A stretch of DNA of 64,000 bases from NCBI GenBank assembly GCA_964429585.1, contig CAYSCN010000010.1, forward strand, positions 4,622 through 68,621, in the 5' to 3' direction. This document shows positions 1 through 11,110 of the stretch, one piece after another; the stretch's first letter is position 1, and every line of letters starts with the position of its first letter. This DNA comes from an uncultured bacterium. Its GTDB lineage: Bacteria; Desulfobacterota; Deferrimicrobia; J040. The translations under genes and the position numbers were made by a program. The notes under the pieces were generated by a model, which did not search any database, had not been told where the DNA came from, and was given only the letters and a program-made list of their open reading frames with translations.

Positions 1-158
1 AGAAGGAGGCGGAACTCGAGGAAGAGGTATTCAGATTGAAGATCAAGCGTTATACGACTCAGCTCGAGAACAAGATGATCATCAGGAACAAGAGGAGAGA
101 GCTTGCCCGGGTGAAGACTATCATCAACGAGAAACTCAGAGCGGGTGAGAATAAATAA
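1..158 (+). CDS. rpmC: 50S ribosomal protein L29, C-terminal fragment (5' end outside the window)
   Basis: Frame-3 translation ...ARVKTIINEKLRAGENK* matches the conserved L29 C-terminus; TAA stop at 156-158; lies immediately upstream of rpsQ, as in the S10 operon. Confidence 0.7.
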   Translation, partial: KEAELEEEVFRLKIKRYTTQLENKMIIRNKRRELARVKTIINEKLRAGENK

Positions 159-179
159 CCTGTAGAGGTGGGAAGATAA

Positions 180-449
180 ATGGCGAGAAAAGAAAGAGGT
201 AACAGGAAGACGAGAGTGGGGGTCGTGGTAAGCGATAAGATGGACAAGACTGTCGTCGTCCAGGTTGAGCAGTTGGTCATGCACTCCCTCTACAAAAAAT
301 ACGTGAGAAGGCGCAAGAAGTACAAGGCCCACGACGAGCAGAACCAGTATCAGGTTGGCGATACAGTGGAAATCATAGAGACCCGACCTCTTTCCAAAGA
401 GAAAAGATGGAGGGTCAGGCGTTTAATTTCGAGGCCAGAAATCAAATAG
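180..449 (+). CDS. rpsQ: 30S ribosomal protein S17
   Basis: 89 aa, [24 protein letters not shown]..., typical S17 N-terminus and size; conserved operon position. Confidence 0.9.
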   Translation: MARKERGNRKTRVGVVVSDKMDKTVVVQVEQLVMHSLYKKYVRRRKKYKAHDEQNQYQVGDTVEIIETRPLSKEKRWRVRRLISRPEIK

Positions 450-464
450 CAGGGGTGTGAGAAG

Positions 465-833
465 ATGATACAGATGCAGACCGTTCTGGATGCGGCTGAC
501 AATTCGGGTGCAAAAAAGTTGTACTGCATCAAGGTTCTCGGTGGCACGAAGAGGCGTTATGCGAGCTTGGGCGACGTTATAGTCGTCAGCGTCAAGGAAG
601 CACTTCCGAACAGCAAGGTCAAGAAGGGAGATGTCTACCGCGCGGTGGTGGTCAGAACTGCCAAAGAAGTGAGAAGACCGGATGGAACTTATATCAAGTT
701 CGATACAAACTCTGCGGTGCTCATCAACAATCAGGGTGAACCGATAGGGACAAGAATATTCGGCCCCGTCGCGAGAGAGCTCAGGGCGAAGAAATTCATG
801 AAGATCATATCTCTTGCACCAGAAGTTCTCTGA
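465..833 (+). CDS. rplN: 50S ribosomal protein L14
   Basis: 122 aa, [17 protein letters not shown]...; canonical L14 sequence. Confidence 0.95.
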   Translation: MIQMQTVLDAADNSGAKKLYCIKVLGGTKRRYASLGDVIVVSVKEALPNSKVKKGDVYRAVVVRTAKEVRRPDGTYIKFDTNSAVLINNQGEPIGTRIFGPVARELRAKKFMKIISLAPEVL

Positions 834-845
834 GGGGAGAGCGAG

Positions 846-1184
846 ATGACCAAACCCAAGCTGAAAATCAGAAGAAACGACATAGTAAAGGTTGTGAAAG
901 GTAAAGACAGAGGGAAAATCGGGAAAGTGATAAAGGTCATTCCCGAGAGAAGAAGGGTTGTCGTTGAAAAAGTGAACATGGTGAAAAGGCATGTCAGGCC
1001 GAGCGCGGCTTTTCCCCAGGGGGGAATAGTCGAGAAGGAAGCGTCCATATCCATTGCCAATGTGATGCTGATGTGCGACAAGTGCAACCAGCCGACCCGT
1101 GTGGGTTATAGGATAACGGAGGCCGGAGAGAAATACCGTTACTGCAAGAAGTGCGGGGAAGTAATTGAGGCGAAAACCAAATAG
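846..1184 (+). CDS. rplX: 50S ribosomal protein L24 (with C-terminal Cys-rich extension)
   Basis: 112 aa; KIRRNDIVKVVKGKDRGKIGKV KOW motif; C-terminal CDKC...CKKC zinc-ribbon-like tail. Confidence 0.9.
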   Translation: MTKPKLKIRRNDIVKVVKGKDRGKIGKVIKVIPERRRVVVEKVNMVKRHVRPSAAFPQGGIVEKEASISIANVMLMCDKCNQPTRVGYRITEAGEKYRYCKKCGEVIEAKTK

Positions 1185-1200
1185 CAGGAGAGCGTGAAAG

Positions 1201-1743
1201 ATGAAGCCGAGACTTCTCGAATACTATCACAGTGAAGTTAAGAAAAAGATGATGGAGAAGTTCCATTACGACAACGTAATGGAGGTTCCCAGACTCGTCA
1301 AGGTCGTCATCAACATGGGGCTTGGAGAAGCGGTTCACAACATAAAACTGCTCGACTCTGCGGTGGAAGAGCTTGCGCTGATAACGGGTCAGAGACCCGT
1401 CGTCACCAAAGCGAAGAAGTCCATCTCCAACTTCAAGTTGAGAAAGGGTATGCCCATAGGGGTGAAGGTGACGCTCAGAGGAGATAGAATGTACTATTTC
1501 ATAGACAAGCTCTTCAACGTGGCGCTCCCAAGGGTTCGCGATTTCAGGGGTATTTCCCCCAAAGGATTCGACGGCAGGGGGAACTATACTCTCGGGATAA
1601 GGGAACAGATAATATTCCCTGAAATAAACTACGACAAGATCGAGAAGATAAAAGGGATGAACATAACATTCGTGACAACGGCGGAAACGGACGAGGAAGC
1701 CTTCTGGCTTCTCAAATTGCTCGGGATGCCATTCCGCCAGTAA
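1201..1743 (+). CDS. rplE: 50S ribosomal protein L5
   Basis: 180 aa; MKPRLLEYY...[16 protein letters not shown] canonical L5. Confidence 0.95.
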   Translation: MKPRLLEYYHSEVKKKMMEKFHYDNVMEVPRLVKVVINMGLGEAVHNIKLLDSAVEELALITGQRPVVTKAKKSISNFKLRKGMPIGVKVTLRGDRMYYFIDKLFNVALPRVRDFRGISPKGFDGRGNYTLGIREQIIFPEINYDKIEKIKGMNITFVTTAETDEEAFWLLKLLGMPFRQ

Positions 1744-1755
1744 AAGGAGGGTGCC

Positions 1756-1941
1756 TTGGCGCGGAAAGCTCAACTGGAAAAGATGAAAAAAGAACCGAAG
1801 TTCAAGGTGAGGAAAAGAAACAGGTGCAAAAGGTGCGGTCGGCCACGCGGTTATTACAGGAAATTCGGGTTGTGCAGGATTTGCCTGAGGGAGCTCGCTC
1901 TTCGAGGAGAACTACCTGGTGTCAGAAAAGCAAGCTGGTGA
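1756..1941 (+). CDS. rpsN: 30S ribosomal protein S14 type Z (zinc-binding)
   Basis: 61 aa with [20 protein letters not shown] motif; TTG start at 1756 after AAGGAGG. Confidence 0.9.
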   Translation: MARKAQLEKMKKEPKFKVRKRNRCKRCGRPRGYYRKFGLCRICLRELALRGELPGVRKASW

Positions 1942-1955
1942 AGGGGTGATGAGAT

Positions 1956-2354
1956 ATGGCTATAAATGATCACATTTCGAATATGCTCACGAGAATCCGA
2001 AATGCCCAGATGGCTGGGAAGAAGGCGGTGGAACTCCCCTCGAGCAAGATACTCGTATCCATTGCTGCAATATTGAAAGAAGAGGGGTACATAGAGGACT
2101 ACAAATACATAGAAGATGGGAAGCAGGGAATTCTGAAGATTGCTCTCAAGTACAGCCCCGCGTATGGGTACGCGATTTCGGGCTTGAAGAGGGTGAGCAA
2201 ACCCGGCAGGCGTATATATGTTGGGAAGGATGAAATTCCTCAGGTCAAGCGAGGTTATGGAATATGCATTCTCTCCACCTCCAGGGGAATCTTGACGGGA
2301 GACAAAGCCAGGGAGCTTGGTATCGGTGGAGAGCTTCTTTGTGAAATCTGGTAG
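1956..2354 (+). CDS. rpsH: 30S ribosomal protein S8
   Basis: 132 aa; DHISNMLTRIRNAQMAGKK canonical S8. Confidence 0.95.
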   Translation: MAINDHISNMLTRIRNAQMAGKKAVELPSSKILVSIAAILKEEGYIEDYKYIEDGKQGILKIALKYSPAYGYAISGLKRVSKPGRRIYVGKDEIPQVKRGYGICILSTSRGILTGDKARELGIGGELLCEIW

Positions 2355-2372
2355 TGAGAGGAGAGCATTACC

Positions 2373-2915
2373 ATGTCCAGAATAGGGAGAATACCTGTTA
2401 CGATACCTGATGGCGTGAACGTGGAGTTGAAGGGGAACTCCATAACGGTCAAGGGGAAGCTCGGGACGCTTTCCAGGGAGATCCCCGATGAGGTTGTGGT
2501 AAATGTCGAGAACGGCAAGATAATCGTTCAGAAGAAGGTCGATAACAAGAGGTGCAAGGCGTTTCAGGGGCTTGTTAGATCTCTGATCAACAACATGGTG
2601 ATAGGAGTTTCTCAGGGATTCGAAAAGGTTCTCGAGATTCACGGGATAGGATACAGGGCGGAGCTCAAGGGCGATGAGCTTCATCTGTCGCTTGGCTATT
2701 CGCATCCCGTGATATTCAAGGTGCCCGATGATGTGAAGATTTCGGTGGAAGAGAGAAATACGGTGATTAAGGTTTTCGGGATAGACAAGGAGAAAGTGGG
2801 TCTCGTCGCCGCGAAAATTAAGAGCTTCAGAAAACCGGATGTTTACAAGAACAAGGGTATCAGGTACAGAGGCGAGAGACTCATAAAGAAGGCAGGTAAA
2901 ACTGTTGGCAAATAA
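2373..2915 (+). CDS. rplF: 50S ribosomal protein L6
   Basis: 180 aa; MSRIGRIPVTIPDGVNVELKGNSITVKGKLG canonical L6. Confidence 0.95.
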   Translation: MSRIGRIPVTIPDGVNVELKGNSITVKGKLGTLSREIPDEVVVNVENGKIIVQKKVDNKRCKAFQGLVRSLINNMVIGVSQGFEKVLEIHGIGYRAELKGDELHLSLGYSHPVIFKVPDDVKISVEERNTVIKVFGIDKEKVGLVAAKIKSFRKPDVYKNKGIRYRGERLIKKAGKTVGK

Positions 2916-2943
2916 ACACTTTATCCTCTGTGAGGTGTAGCAG

Positions 2944-3312
2944 ATGGCTGTAAAGAATAAAAAAGTTTTCATGAGACTCAGGAGAAAGAAGAGAATAAGA
3001 AAGAGGGTGTTCGGAACTTCTGAAAGGCCGAGGTTGACTGTCTTCAGAAGCGCTAAACACATCTACGCACAGATCGTCGACGATTCGATAGGACACACCA
3101 TCGTGGCTGCGTCGACTCTGAGCAAAGACGTGAGAGACAAAGTTAAAGGTCTCAAGAAGGTGGAAGCGGCGAAGGTCGTGGGAAAAGCTTTGGCTGAGAA
3201 AGCACTCGAGAAAGGCGTGAAAAAGGTGGTTTTCGACAGGAACGGGTTCAAATATCACGGAAGAGTTGCCGCTTTGGCCGAAGGAGCAAGAGAAGGCGGA
3301 CTCGAATTTTGA
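2944..3312 (+). CDS. rplR: 50S ribosomal protein L18
   Basis: 122 aa; [34 protein letters not shown] canonical L18. Confidence 0.95.
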   Translation: MAVKNKKVFMRLRRKKRIRKRVFGTSERPRLTVFRSAKHIYAQIVDDSIGHTIVAASTLSKDVRDKVKGLKKVEAAKVVGKALAEKALEKGVKKVVFDRNGFKYHGRVAALAEGAREGGLEF

Positions 3313-3338
3313 CAAACACTCGAAAGGAGGCGTGAGGA

Positions 3339-3839
3339 TTGGTCAAGAAAATAAATCCCGAGGGTCTGGATTTAAAAGAAAAAGTAATTCACATAAGCAG
3401 GGTCTCCAAGGTGGTCAAGGGTGGGAAGAGATTCAGCTTCAGCGCTCTTGCTGTGGTTGGAGACGGAAACGGCATCGTGGGATACGGCCTGGGTAAGGCC
3501 AAGGAGGTACCAGAAGCCATCCGTAAAGCGATAGAAAAGGCGAAGAAGAACCTCGTGAGAGTTCCCGTCATCGAGGGGACCATACCCTATGAGACTATAG
3601 GTGAGTTCGGAGCGAGCAGGGTGGTTCTGAAACCGGCCTCTCCCGGTACGGGGGTCATTGCCGGAGGTGCTGTCCGGGCTGTTGTCGAAGCTGCGGGCAT
3701 AAAGGACATTCTCACCAAATCTCTCGGGAGCAACAATCCTCACAATCTCGTGAAAGCGTGTATAAAGGGGTTGACCGAGATGAAGGACCCCAGCGTGATC
3801 ATGTCTATCAGAAAAAAGAGCAAGGGCGAGGGTGAGTGA
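3339..3839 (+). CDS. rpsE: 30S ribosomal protein S5
   Basis: 166 aa; [30 protein letters not shown] canonical S5; TTG start after GGAGG. Confidence 0.95.
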   Translation: MVKKINPEGLDLKEKVIHISRVSKVVKGGKRFSFSALAVVGDGNGIVGYGLGKAKEVPEAIRKAIEKAKKNLVRVPVIEGTIPYETIGEFGASRVVLKPASPGTGVIAGGAVRAVVEAAGIKDILTKSLGSNNPHNLVKACIKGLTEMKDPSVIMSIRKKSKGEGE

Positions 3840-4024
3840 TGGCGAAGGAGCTCAAAATAACCTTGAAGAAGAGTTTGATTGGTAAATCCGAGAAGCAGAG
3901 AAGAGTTGCGTATGGCCTTGGGCTTAGGAGGCCGAACAAGAGCGTGATCAGAAAAGACACTCCAGAAATAAGGGGCATGATCGAGAAGATAAAGTTCATG
4001 CTCGAAGTAGAGGAAATAAACTGA
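3836..4024 (+). CDS. rpmD: 50S ribosomal protein L30
   Basis: 62 aa; [27 protein letters not shown] canonical L30; ATGA overlap with rpsE stop. Confidence 0.9.
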   Translation: MMAKELKITLKKSLIGKSEKQRRVAYGLGLRRPNKSVIRKDTPEIRGMIEKIKFMLEVEEIN

Positions 4025-4037
4025 GAAGAGGGTAGCC

Positions 4038-4478
4038 ATGGAACTTCATGAGTTGAGGCCAGCTGAAGGTTCCAAGAAGAGGAGAAAAAGAGTCGGTCGA
4101 GGCAAGGGTTCCGGTCACGGTAAGACCTGCGGTAGAGGGCACAAGGGTCAAAACGCGAGATCAGGCGGAAAGACCCCGCCGTGGTTCGAGGGCGGACAGA
4201 TGCCGCTTCAGAGAAGGCTGCCCAAGCGGGGATTCCGGAACAGGTTCAGGAAGATATACTCCATCGTCAATGTGGACAGGCTCAATGTCTTCGAGGATGG
4301 GGATGTCGTGGATATTGCCGCTCTCGTGAAGAAAGGGCTCGTGAAAAACGTGAGAGATGGAGTAAAGATACTGGGGAACGGTGAGCTGACGAAGAAGTTG
4401 ACGGTAAGGGTTGACAAGGTGTCCAAGTCCGCGGAGGAGAAGATCAAATCGGCGGGTGGCACCGTGGAGGTCATTTAA
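4038..4478 (+). CDS. rplO: 50S ribosomal protein L15
   Basis: 146 aa; Gly/Arg-rich N-terminus [22 protein letters not shown] typical of L15. Confidence 0.95.
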   Translation: MELHELRPAEGSKKRRKRVGRGKGSGHGKTCGRGHKGQNARSGGKTPPWFEGGQMPLQRRLPKRGFRNRFRKIYSIVNVDRLNVFEDGDVVDIAALVKKGLVKNVRDGVKILGNGELTKKLTVRVDKVSKSAEEKIKSAGGTVEVI

Positions 4479-4479
4479 G

Positions 4480-5787
4480 TTGATAGGCGGATTTCAGAAC
4501 ATAGCAAAGGTTCCGGAGCTCAGGAAAAGGCTGCTGGCCACTGCGTGGTTCCTGGTCATATACAGGCTTGGAGCGCACATACCGACTCCCGGAATAGACA
4601 CCTCGGCGCTGGCAGCGTTTTTCGCCCAGCAGAAGGGGACGCTTTTCGGACTCATCGACATGTTTTCCGGCGGCGCGTTGCAGAGGCTGTCGGTTTTTGC
4701 ACTTGGAATCATGCCTTACATCAGCGCTAGCATTATTTTGCAGCTTTTGACCGTGGTGGTTCCCTCTCTCGAGAGGCTTTCCAAAGAGGGAGAGCTCGGG
4801 CAGAAGAAAATAAACCAGTACTCGAGGTACGGAACAGTCATTCTCAGCATGATACAGGCGCTCGGTATCGCCATTGGTCTTGAGGGGATGAGGGTTGGAA
4901 CGGGAGCATCGGTAGTTTATCATCCCGGGTGGGCTTTCAGAGCCATGACCGTCCTGACCCTCACCACGGGAACCATCTTTATCATGTGGATAGGCGAACA
5001 AATAACCGAAAGGGGAATAGGAAACGGGATATCGCTCATCATATTCGCCGGTATCGTTGCGAGGATGCCCAGCGCGATTGTCAGGACTTTCAGGCTGGTT
5101 AAGGCGGGGGAGATGAGTCTGTTCCTGCTTCTGTTCCTGTTGATACTGATGGTGATAGTCGTGGCGGTTATCGTGTTCTTCGAGAGGGCTCACAGGAGAA
5201 TACCCATTCAGTACGCGAGGCGCGTAGTTGGGAGAAGAGTCTACGGTGGACAGTCCACACATCTGCCGCTCAAGGTGAACACGGCGGGAGTCATACCGCC
5301 GATATTCGCTTCGTCGATACTGCTTTTTCCGGCTACACTCGCCAATTTCATACCTCATCCTTTGACGAAGACCATTTCCGGGTTTCTGATGCCCGGCAGG
5401 TTCGTTTACGAATTTCTCTACGTGATTCTGATCATATTCTTCTGTTATTTCTACACCGCCGTCACATTCAACCCGGTTGATGTGGCAGACAACATCAAGA
5501 AATACGGAGGCTACATACCGGGAATCAGGCCGGGGAAGAAAACGGCTGAATATATAGACACGGTGCTGACAAGGATTACGCTGGGTGGTGCTCTTTACGT
5601 CTCGGCAATCTGCGTTCTCCCTTCCGTGCTGATAAACAAGTTCAACGTACCGTTCTACTTTGGTGGTACTGCTCTCTTGATAGTGGTGGGAGTTGCGATG
5701 GACACGGTTCAGCAGATAGAAACCCATCTCATAACCAGGCATTACGATGGGTTCCTCAAAAAAGGAAGAGTAAGAGCGAGGAGGTAG
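4480..5787 (+). CDS. secY: protein translocase subunit SecY
   Basis: About 435 aa, 10 TM helices, [19 protein letters not shown]-terminus; TTG at 4480 after GGAGG. The 4411 ATG in the ORF track sits inside rplO and is rejected. Confidence 0.9.
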   Translation: MIGGFQNIAKVPELRKRLLATAWFLVIYRLGAHIPTPGIDTSALAAFFAQQKGTLFGLIDMFSGGALQRLSVFALGIMPYISASIILQLLTVVVPSLERLSKEGELGQKKINQYSRYGTVILSMIQALGIAIGLEGMRVGTGASVVYHPGWAFRAMTVLTLTTGTIFIMWIGEQITERGIGNGISLIIFAGIVARMPSAIVRTFRLVKAGEMSLFLLLFLLILMVIVVAVIVFFERAHRRIPIQYARRVVGRRVYGGQSTHLPLKVNTAGVIPPIFASSILLFPATLANFIPHPLTKTISGFLMPGRFVYEFLYVILIIFFCYFYTAVTFNPVDVADNIKKYGGYIPGIRPGKKTAEYIDTVLTRITLGGALYVSAICVLPSVLINKFNVPFYFGGTALLIVVGVAMDTVQQIETHLITRHYDGFLKKGRVRARR

Positions 5788-5792
5788 GGGAG

Positions 5793-6440
5793 ATGAAAGG
5801 GATCGTTTTCTTGGGCCCTCCTGGTGCGGGAAAGGGGACACAGGCGAAGAAAATCGTGGAGAAGTTTGGCATCCCTCAGATATCTACGGGGGACATGCTG
5901 AGAGAGGCGGTGAAAGAGGGTACGGAGCTCGGCAAGAAGGCCAAAGAGTACATGGATAAAGGTGCTCTCGTTCCAGATGAGGTCGTCATAGGTATAGTGA
6001 AGGAGAGGCTTGCCAGGCCCGATTGCGATAAAGGGTTCATACTCGATGGATTTCCCAGGACCATCCCGCAGGCAGAAGCGCTGGACAGAGTGGTGGAGGA
6101 GCTTGGGAAGACGATAAATTACGTGATTGCTCTCGAAGTAGATGATGACGAACTGATTGAAAGACTTTCCGGAAGAAGAACCTGCAAGTCGTGCGGGGCC
6201 ATGTTCCACGTGAAGTTCAACCCTCCTGCCAAAGAGGGAGTTTGCGACAAATGCGGCGGTGAGCTCTATCAGAGGGATGATGACAGGGAAGAGACGATAA
6301 AGAACAGGTTGAAGACTTACAAGGAGCAGACGGCTCCTCTCATCGATTACTACAGATCTAGAGGAAACTTCCACGCCATTCAGGCATCTGGAGATATCGA
6401 TGAGATCTTTTCGAGGATAGAAGCGATATTGAATCAGTGA
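5793..6440 (+). CDS. adk: adenylate kinase (zinc-binding lid)
   Basis: 215 aa; [12 protein letters not shown]-loop; CKSCG...CDKCG zinc lid. Confidence 0.95.
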   Translation: MKGIVFLGPPGAGKGTQAKKIVEKFGIPQISTGDMLREAVKEGTELGKKAKEYMDKGALVPDEVVIGIVKERLARPDCDKGFILDGFPRTIPQAEALDRVVEELGKTINYVIALEVDDDELIERLSGRRTCKSCGAMFHVKFNPPAKEGVCDKCGGELYQRDDDREETIKNRLKTYKEQTAPLIDYYRSRGNFHAIQASGDIDEIFSRIEAILNQ

Positions 6441-7192
6441 GAATGATAATTTTAAAAAGCAGGGAAGAGATAGAGAAGTTGAGGGAAGTCAACGCTCTTG
6501 TGGCGGAATTTTTCGAGGGGGTGAAAGAATTAATAAAACCCGGGGTCACGACATTTGATCTTGAAGAGTTCTCTGAAAAGTTCGTGAGGGAAAAGGGAGT
6601 GATAGCGGCTTTCAAGGGGTATATGGGGTATCCGGCGAATCTATGCGTATCGATAAACGAGGAAGTTGTTCACGGGATACCCAGCAGATCAAAGGTGTTG
6701 AAAGATGGAGACCTGGTTAGCATAGACTTTGGTCTCAAAAAAGAGGATTTTTTTGGTGATGCTGCCCGGACGTATCCGGTTGGTAGCGTGGACGAGGAAG
6801 GGAAAAGGTTGATGGAAGTTACAGAAAAGGCCCTTTACGTTGGTATTGATGAAGCCAGGGTAGGGAACAGGCTTTACGATATATCGGGAGCCATTCAGGA
6901 ATTCGTTGAAGGAAACGGATTCTCCGTTGTAAGGGACTACGTTGGTCACGGAATAGGAAGGAGCCTCCACGAGGATCCCCAGGTTCCCAACTTCGGAGAG
7001 CGCGGGACGGGGATTAAGCTTCAGCCCGGATTGGTGCTGGCCATAGAGCCAATGGTGAACGAGGGAAGCCATGAAGTGGAAGTGCTGGAGGACGGATGGA
7101 CGGTGGTAACCAGGGACAGGAAAAGGTCTGCTCACTTCGAGCACTCGGTTGCAATCACCGAGAATGGAGCATTGATATTAAGTAAAGTTTGA
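6437..7192 (+). CDS. map: type I methionine aminopeptidase
   Basis: 251 aa; metal ligands in context DFG...D, HGIGR..HE, E..E; ATGA overlap with adk. Confidence 0.9.
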   Translation: MRMIILKSREEIEKLREVNALVAEFFEGVKELIKPGVTTFDLEEFSEKFVREKGVIAAFKGYMGYPANLCVSINEEVVHGIPSRSKVLKDGDLVSIDFGLKKEDFFGDAARTYPVGSVDEEGKRLMEVTEKALYVGIDEARVGNRLYDISGAIQEFVEGNGFSVVRDYVGHGIGRSLHEDPQVPNFGERGTGIKLQPGLVLAIEPMVNEGSHEVEVLEDGWTVVTRDRKRSAHFEHSVAITENGALILSKV

Positions 7193-7201
7193 AGAGGGGA
7201 T

Positions 7202-7423
7202 ATGGCGAAAGAAGAACCGATCGAGGTGGAAGGCAAAGTAATAGAAGTTTTACCCAATGCGATGTTCAGGGTAGAACTTGAGAATGGCATGAAGATTCTC
7301 GCCCACGTTTCCGGGAAGATGAGGATGAATTTCATCAAAATTCTCCCCGGAGACAGGGTAACAGTCCAGATTTCTCCCTATGATTTGTCCAGAGGGAGAA
7401 TCGTTTACAGAACCAAAGGGTGA
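7202..7423 (+). CDS. infA: translation initiation factor IF-1
   Basis: 73 aa; [34 protein letters not shown] canonical S1-like IF-1. Confidence 0.95.
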   Translation: MAKEEPIEVEGKVIEVLPNAMFRVELENGMKILAHVSGKMRMNFIKILPGDRVTVQISPYDLSRGRIVYRTKG

Positions 7424-7432
7424 GGTGAAATC

Positions 7433-7546
7433 ATGAAGGTTAGAGCGTCGGTTAAGAAGATATGTGATAAGTGTAAGATAATCAAAAGGAAAGGTGTTGT
7501 AAGAGTTATATGCGAAAATCCCAAGCACAAACAGAGACAGGGATAA
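7433..7546 (+). CDS. rpmJ: 50S ribosomal protein L36
   Basis: Not in the ORF track (37 aa). Read manually: [37 protein letters not shown], canonical zinc-ribbon L36 between infA and rpsM. Confidence 0.9.
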   Translation: MKVRASVKKICDKCKIIKRKGVVRVICENPKHKQRQG

Positions 7547-7558
7547 AAGGAGGGTACA

Positions 7559-7939
7559 TTGGCGAGAATAGCAGGCGTTGATTTGCCCAAGACGAAGAGA
7601 ATCGACATCGCACTCACCTATATCTACGGGATTGGGCACACCACATCCAAGAAGGTGCTCGAGGAGGCCGGTGTGGACCCGTCGGTAAAGGTGAAGGACC
7701 TGACCGAGGAGCAGGTTGCGAAAATCAGGGAAGTCATAGACAAGAACTACAAGGTCGAAGGTGACCTCCGCAAGGAAGTCGCCATGAACATCAAGCGGCT
7801 TATGGACCTTGGTACCTACAGGGGGTTGAGGCACAGAAAGGGCCTGCCCGTCAGAGGTCAGAGGACCCACACGAACGCCAGAACCAGAAAGGGTCCGAGA
7901 AAGTCCGTCATAGGGAAGAAGAGAGAGAAGAAGAAATAA
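7559..7939 (+). CDS. rpsM: 30S ribosomal protein S13
   Basis: 126 aa; [25 protein letters not shown] canonical S13; TTG start. Confidence 0.95.
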   Translation: MARIAGVDLPKTKRIDIALTYIYGIGHTTSKKVLEEAGVDPSVKVKDLTEEQVAKIREVIDKNYKVEGDLRKEVAMNIKRLMDLGTYRGLRHRKGLPVRGQRTHTNARTRKGPRKSVIGKKREKKK

Positions 7940-7960
7940 ACATACCGGAGTGGAGGAGAA

Positions 7961-8347
7961 ATGGCAAGGCGACCGAGAGGCAAGAAAAAGGTAAAGAAAA
8001 ACATTCCCGTGGGGATAGCCCATATAAAGGCTACCTTCAACAATACCATCATCACGATAACGGACATGGATGGTAATACTATCTGCTGGTCGAGTGCAGG
8101 AGCGATGGGATTCAGAGGTTCCAGAAAATCCACACCGTTCGCGGCTCAGGTTGCTGCCGAGGATGCTGCGAAAAAAGCGATGGAGCACGGTGTGCGAAGC
8201 GTGGCGGTATTCATCAAGGGACCCGGCTCAGGAAGGGAGGCTGCGCTGAGGACGCTTCAGGCGGCGGGATTGAAAATAAATTACATAAGGGATGTTTCCC
8301 CCATCCCTCACAACGGCTGCAGACCACCTAAAAGAAGACGAGTCTGA
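7961..8347 (+). CDS. rpsK: 30S ribosomal protein S11
   Basis: 128 aa; [18 protein letters not shown] canonical S11. Confidence 0.95.
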   Translation: MARRPRGKKKVKKNIPVGIAHIKATFNNTIITITDMDGNTICWSSAGAMGFRGSRKSTPFAAQVAAEDAAKKAMEHGVRSVAVFIKGPGSGREAALRTLQAAGLKINYIRDVSPIPHNGCRPPKRRRV

Positions 8348-8375
8348 ACGAGAAACTTTGAAGGAGGTTTAGACC

Positions 8376-9002
8376 TTGGGTAGATATACTGGTCCTGTTT
8401 GCAAACTTTGCAGGAGGGAAGGGCTGAAGCTTTTCCTGAAAGGAGACAGGTGCTTCACGGACAAATGTTCGTTCGAGCGCAGGCCTTACGCGCCTGGACA
8501 GCACGGGCACAGAAGACCTAAGTTCAGCGATTACGGCATCCAGTTGAGGGAAAAACAGAAAGTTCGCAGGATGTACGGCATCATGGAACAACAGTTCAGA
8601 ATCTACTTTTACAGGGCTGACAGGATGAAGGGGAAGACCGGTGAGAATCTTCTCATTCTCCTGGAGCGGCGGCTCGACAACGTCGTTTACAGGCTTGGAT
8701 TTGCAGTGACCAGGAGAGAAGCTCGCCAGCTCGTAAGTCATGGCCACTTCAAAGTTAACGGCAGGAAGGTTGACATACCGTCTTATCTCGTGAGGGCGGG
8801 TGATGTCGTAGAACTCAGAGAGAAGAGCAGAAACATCGTTAAGATAAACGAGAATCTTGATACGGTGGTGAGAAAGGGGATACCCTCCTGGCTCGAGCTT
8901 TACAGGGAGGAATACAGGGGGGTCGTCAAGACTCTGCCCAGGAGGGAAGACATACTCGAGCCCATCAACGAGCAGCTCATCGTGGAGCTTTACTCCAAGT
9001 AA
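8376..9002 (+). CDS. rpsD: 30S ribosomal protein S4
   Basis: 208 aa; [25 protein letters not shown] zinc-finger S4 N-terminus; TTG start. Confidence 0.95.
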   Translation: MGRYTGPVCKLCRREGLKLFLKGDRCFTDKCSFERRPYAPGQHGHRRPKFSDYGIQLREKQKVRRMYGIMEQQFRIYFYRADRMKGKTGENLLILLERRLDNVVYRLGFAVTRREARQLVSHGHFKVNGRKVDIPSYLVRAGDVVELREKSRNIVKINENLDTVVRKGIPSWLELYREEYRGVVKTLPRREDILEPINEQLIVELYSK

Positions 9003-9041
9003 TTCTCGTGCCCCTGCTGGTGATACAATTCAAGCACCTAA

Positions 9042-10079
9042 TTGGAGGATGATATGTTCCAGAGGAATTGGAAAGAATTGATAAAGCCGAAAAGGGTGGA
9101 CATAGATTCGGCAACCGCGACGAGCTTTTATGGAAAGTTCATAGCGGAACCCCTCGAGAGGGGATTCGGGATTACCCTCGGAAACGCCCTGAGAAGAATT
9201 CTTCTTTCTTCACTTCAGGGAGCTGCGATAACGGCAGTGAGAATAGAGGGGGTTCAGCACGAATTTTCGTCCATTCAGGGCGTTGTTGAGGATGTGACCG
9301 ATATAATCCTCAACCTCAAAGGCGTCGAACTGAAGATGGATACCTCGGAACCGAGAAACATCTCCCTTGATGTGACGGGTCCGAAGAAAGTGACTGCAGC
9401 GGATATCCAGTGCGACCATCACGTCGAGGTGATAAACAAGGAGCATTACATAGCCGAAGTTCTTGAAGGCGGCAGGTTGAAGATTGAGATGACCGTGAAG
9501 ATGGGGAAGGGTTACGTTCCTGCGGAGAGGAATCTCGAAGAAGACATGCCTATCGGCACCATTCCGATAGACGCCATTTTCTCGCCAATCAAGAAAGTAA
9601 ATTTCGACGTCACGAATGCTCGTGTTGGGCAGCAGACGGATTACGACAGGTTGATACTTGAAGTGTGGACGGATGGCTCGGTGCTGCCGGCGGATGCGGT
9701 TGCCTATGCTGCGAGAATTCTCCAGGATCAGCTCTCCATATTCATAAATTTCGAGGAGCCCGAGGAGGAGGAAGAGGTTCCAGAAGACGAGGAGGGTATC
9801 GACAGGGAGCTCGAAGAGAAGCTCTACAAGACGATAGACGAGCTGGAGCTGTCCGTTAGGGCGTATAATTGCTTGAGGAACGCTAACATTACGTATATAG
9901 GCGAACTGGTTCAGAAGACTGAACAGGAGATGCTCAAGACCAAGAATTTCGGTCGCAAGAGCCTCAACGAGATCAAGCAGGTTCTGCAGGAGATGGGTCT
10001 TTCTCTCGGAATGGAAATAAAGAACTTCGACCCTGACAGGTTCAGGAAAGAGGGAGAAGACTCCGACACGGAGGAGTAA
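9042..10079 (+). CDS. rpoA: DNA-directed RNA polymerase alpha subunit
   Basis: About 340 aa with N-terminal dimerisation and acidic-linker/CTD regions (ELELSVRAYNCLRNANITYIGEL). The start may instead be the ATG at 9054 (MFQRNWKELIKP), which has the better RBS. Confidence 0.9.
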   Translation: MEDDMFQRNWKELIKPKRVDIDSATATSFYGKFIAEPLERGFGITLGNALRRILLSSLQGAAITAVRIEGVQHEFSSIQGVVEDVTDIILNLKGVELKMDTSEPRNISLDVTGPKKVTAADIQCDHHVEVINKEHYIAEVLEGGRLKIEMTVKMGKGYVPAERNLEEDMPIGTIPIDAIFSPIKKVNFDVTNARVGQQTDYDRLILEVWTDGSVLPADAVAYAARILQDQLSIFINFEEPEEEEEVPEDEEGIDRELEEKLYKTIDELELSVRAYNCLRNANITYIGELVQKTEQEMLKTKNFGRKSLNEIKQVLQEMGLSLGMEIKNFDPDRFRKEGEDSDTEE

Positions 10080-10103
10080 AAAAAGTTCTAAAAGGAGTGA
10101 GCG

Positions 10104-10472
10104 ATGCGTCACGCGAAGGACCACAGGAAACTTGGAAGAAAGCCGGCTCACAGGAAAGCGCTGCTTCGGAATCTGCTCAATTCTCTCATCGAGCACGAGA
10201 GAATCACCACGACCGTGCCGAAGGCAAAGGAGCTGAGGAGGCTCGCTGACAGGGCTATAACGCTCGGCAAGAAAAACACTACCCACGCCAGGCGTATGTT
10301 GTTTGCAATGCTGGTGAACAAGAAGAACACAGCGAAAGTATTCGACGTTCTCGCGAAGAGATACGAAAACAGGAATGGCGGTTACACCAGGATAATAAGG
10401 ACGGGCTTTCGAGCAGGTGACGGAGCAGAGATGGCGATAATCGAGTATCTTCCCGAAGGTGAGAAGAAATAG
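10104..10472 (+). CDS. rplQ: 50S ribosomal protein L17
   Basis: 122 aa; MRHAKDHRKLGRKPAHRKALLRNL canonical L17; last gene of the alpha operon. Confidence 0.95.
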   Translation: MRHAKDHRKLGRKPAHRKALLRNLLNSLIEHERITTTVPKAKELRRLADRAITLGKKNTTHARRMLFAMLVNKKNTAKVFDVLAKRYENRNGGYTRIIRTGFRAGDGAEMAIIEYLPEGEKK

Positions 10473-10502
10473 AGTTTTCCACGTCGAATCCGCAAAGAGA
10501 CA

Positions 10503-10534
10503 AAAAGAGCGGGGTTTTCCCCGCTCTTTTTTTA
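10503..10534 (+). terminator. rho-independent terminator of the ribosomal superoperon
   Basis: AAAAGAGCGGGG-TTTT-CCCCGCTCTTTT stem-loop followed by a T-run directly after the rplQ stop. Confidence 0.85.
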
Positions 10535-10592
10535 TCTACGTGTGTACTTCCAGCTATTTTCAAAGAGATTTTCGATTCCGCGGGCATTTGTC

Positions 10593-10638
10593 TTGACAGA
10601 TTTCTTGACAGCTGTTAGAATTTGAAATCGAATTTCAA
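10593..10638 (+). promoter_or_regulatory. sigma-70-type promoter (TTGACA-N17-TAGAAT) with an adjacent 7-3-7 palindromic operator upstream of fur
   Basis: TTGACA at 10593-10598 and TAGAAT at 10616-10621, 17-nt spacer. Perfect palindrome TTGAAATCGAATTTCAA at 10622-10638, overlapping the probable transcription start and just upstream of the fur RBS. Confidence 0.5.
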
Positions 10639-10671
10639 TATTACAATTGCAAAATCGAGGAGAGAAGGAAG

Positions 10672-11097
10672 TTGGAAGGGATAATCGAAAGGGTTGAGAA
10701 GGATTTGCGCGAATGCGGGAAAAAGGTTTCGAAAACGCGAAGAAAGGTCATGGAAGTTTTCTTCTCGTGCGGCAGGCATGTGTCGGTAGAGGACCTGTAC
10801 ATGGAAGTGAAGAAAAAGCATCCGGAGATAGGATACGCTACAGTCTACAGAACGCTCAAAGTCCTGGAAGAGCTGGGATACGCAGTTTCACTGGATGTGG
10901 GTGACGGTAGCACGAAATTTGAAACAGCCTTTTCACAGCATCACGACCACCTGGTATGTACCTCCTGCGGCACAATCCTCGAATTTCACGAACCGGAGAT
11001 TGAGCGGCTTCAGGAGAGGGTTGCCAGGAAGTATCACTTCATAGTTGAAAGTCATACCCTCCACTTGTTCGGAACATGTGAAAAGTGTCAGGGTTGA
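10672..11097 (+). CDS. fur: Fur-family metal-uptake transcriptional regulator
   Basis: 141 aa; winged-helix N-terminus plus HHDHLVC..C metal site and C-terminal CxxC; TTG start. Confidence 0.85.
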   Translation: MEGIIERVEKDLRECGKKVSKTRRKVMEVFFSCGRHVSVEDLYMEVKKKHPEIGYATVYRTLKVLEELGYAVSLDVGDGSTKFETAFSQHHDHLVCTSCGTILEFHEPEIERLQERVARKYHFIVESHTLHLFGTCEKCQG

Positions 11098-11110
11098 GTG
11101 GGGAGAGTGA

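Noticed and set aside
4411-4479. secY start at the ATG 4411 (as in the ORF track)
   Set aside because: It would overlap rplO by 68 nt and prepend an Arg-rich, non-SecY-like peptide. The TTG at 4480 with GGAGG at -8 gives the conserved SecY N-terminus.
994-5841. Long minus-strand ORFs (994-1773, 1854-3062, 4471-5841 and others) antisense to rplE-rpsN-rpsH-rplF and secY
   Set aside because: They lie entirely inside strongly recognisable, conserved plus-strand ribosomal/secY genes; their translations are low-complexity with no motifs. These are typical antisense shadow ORFs in a GC-rich, codon-biased region.
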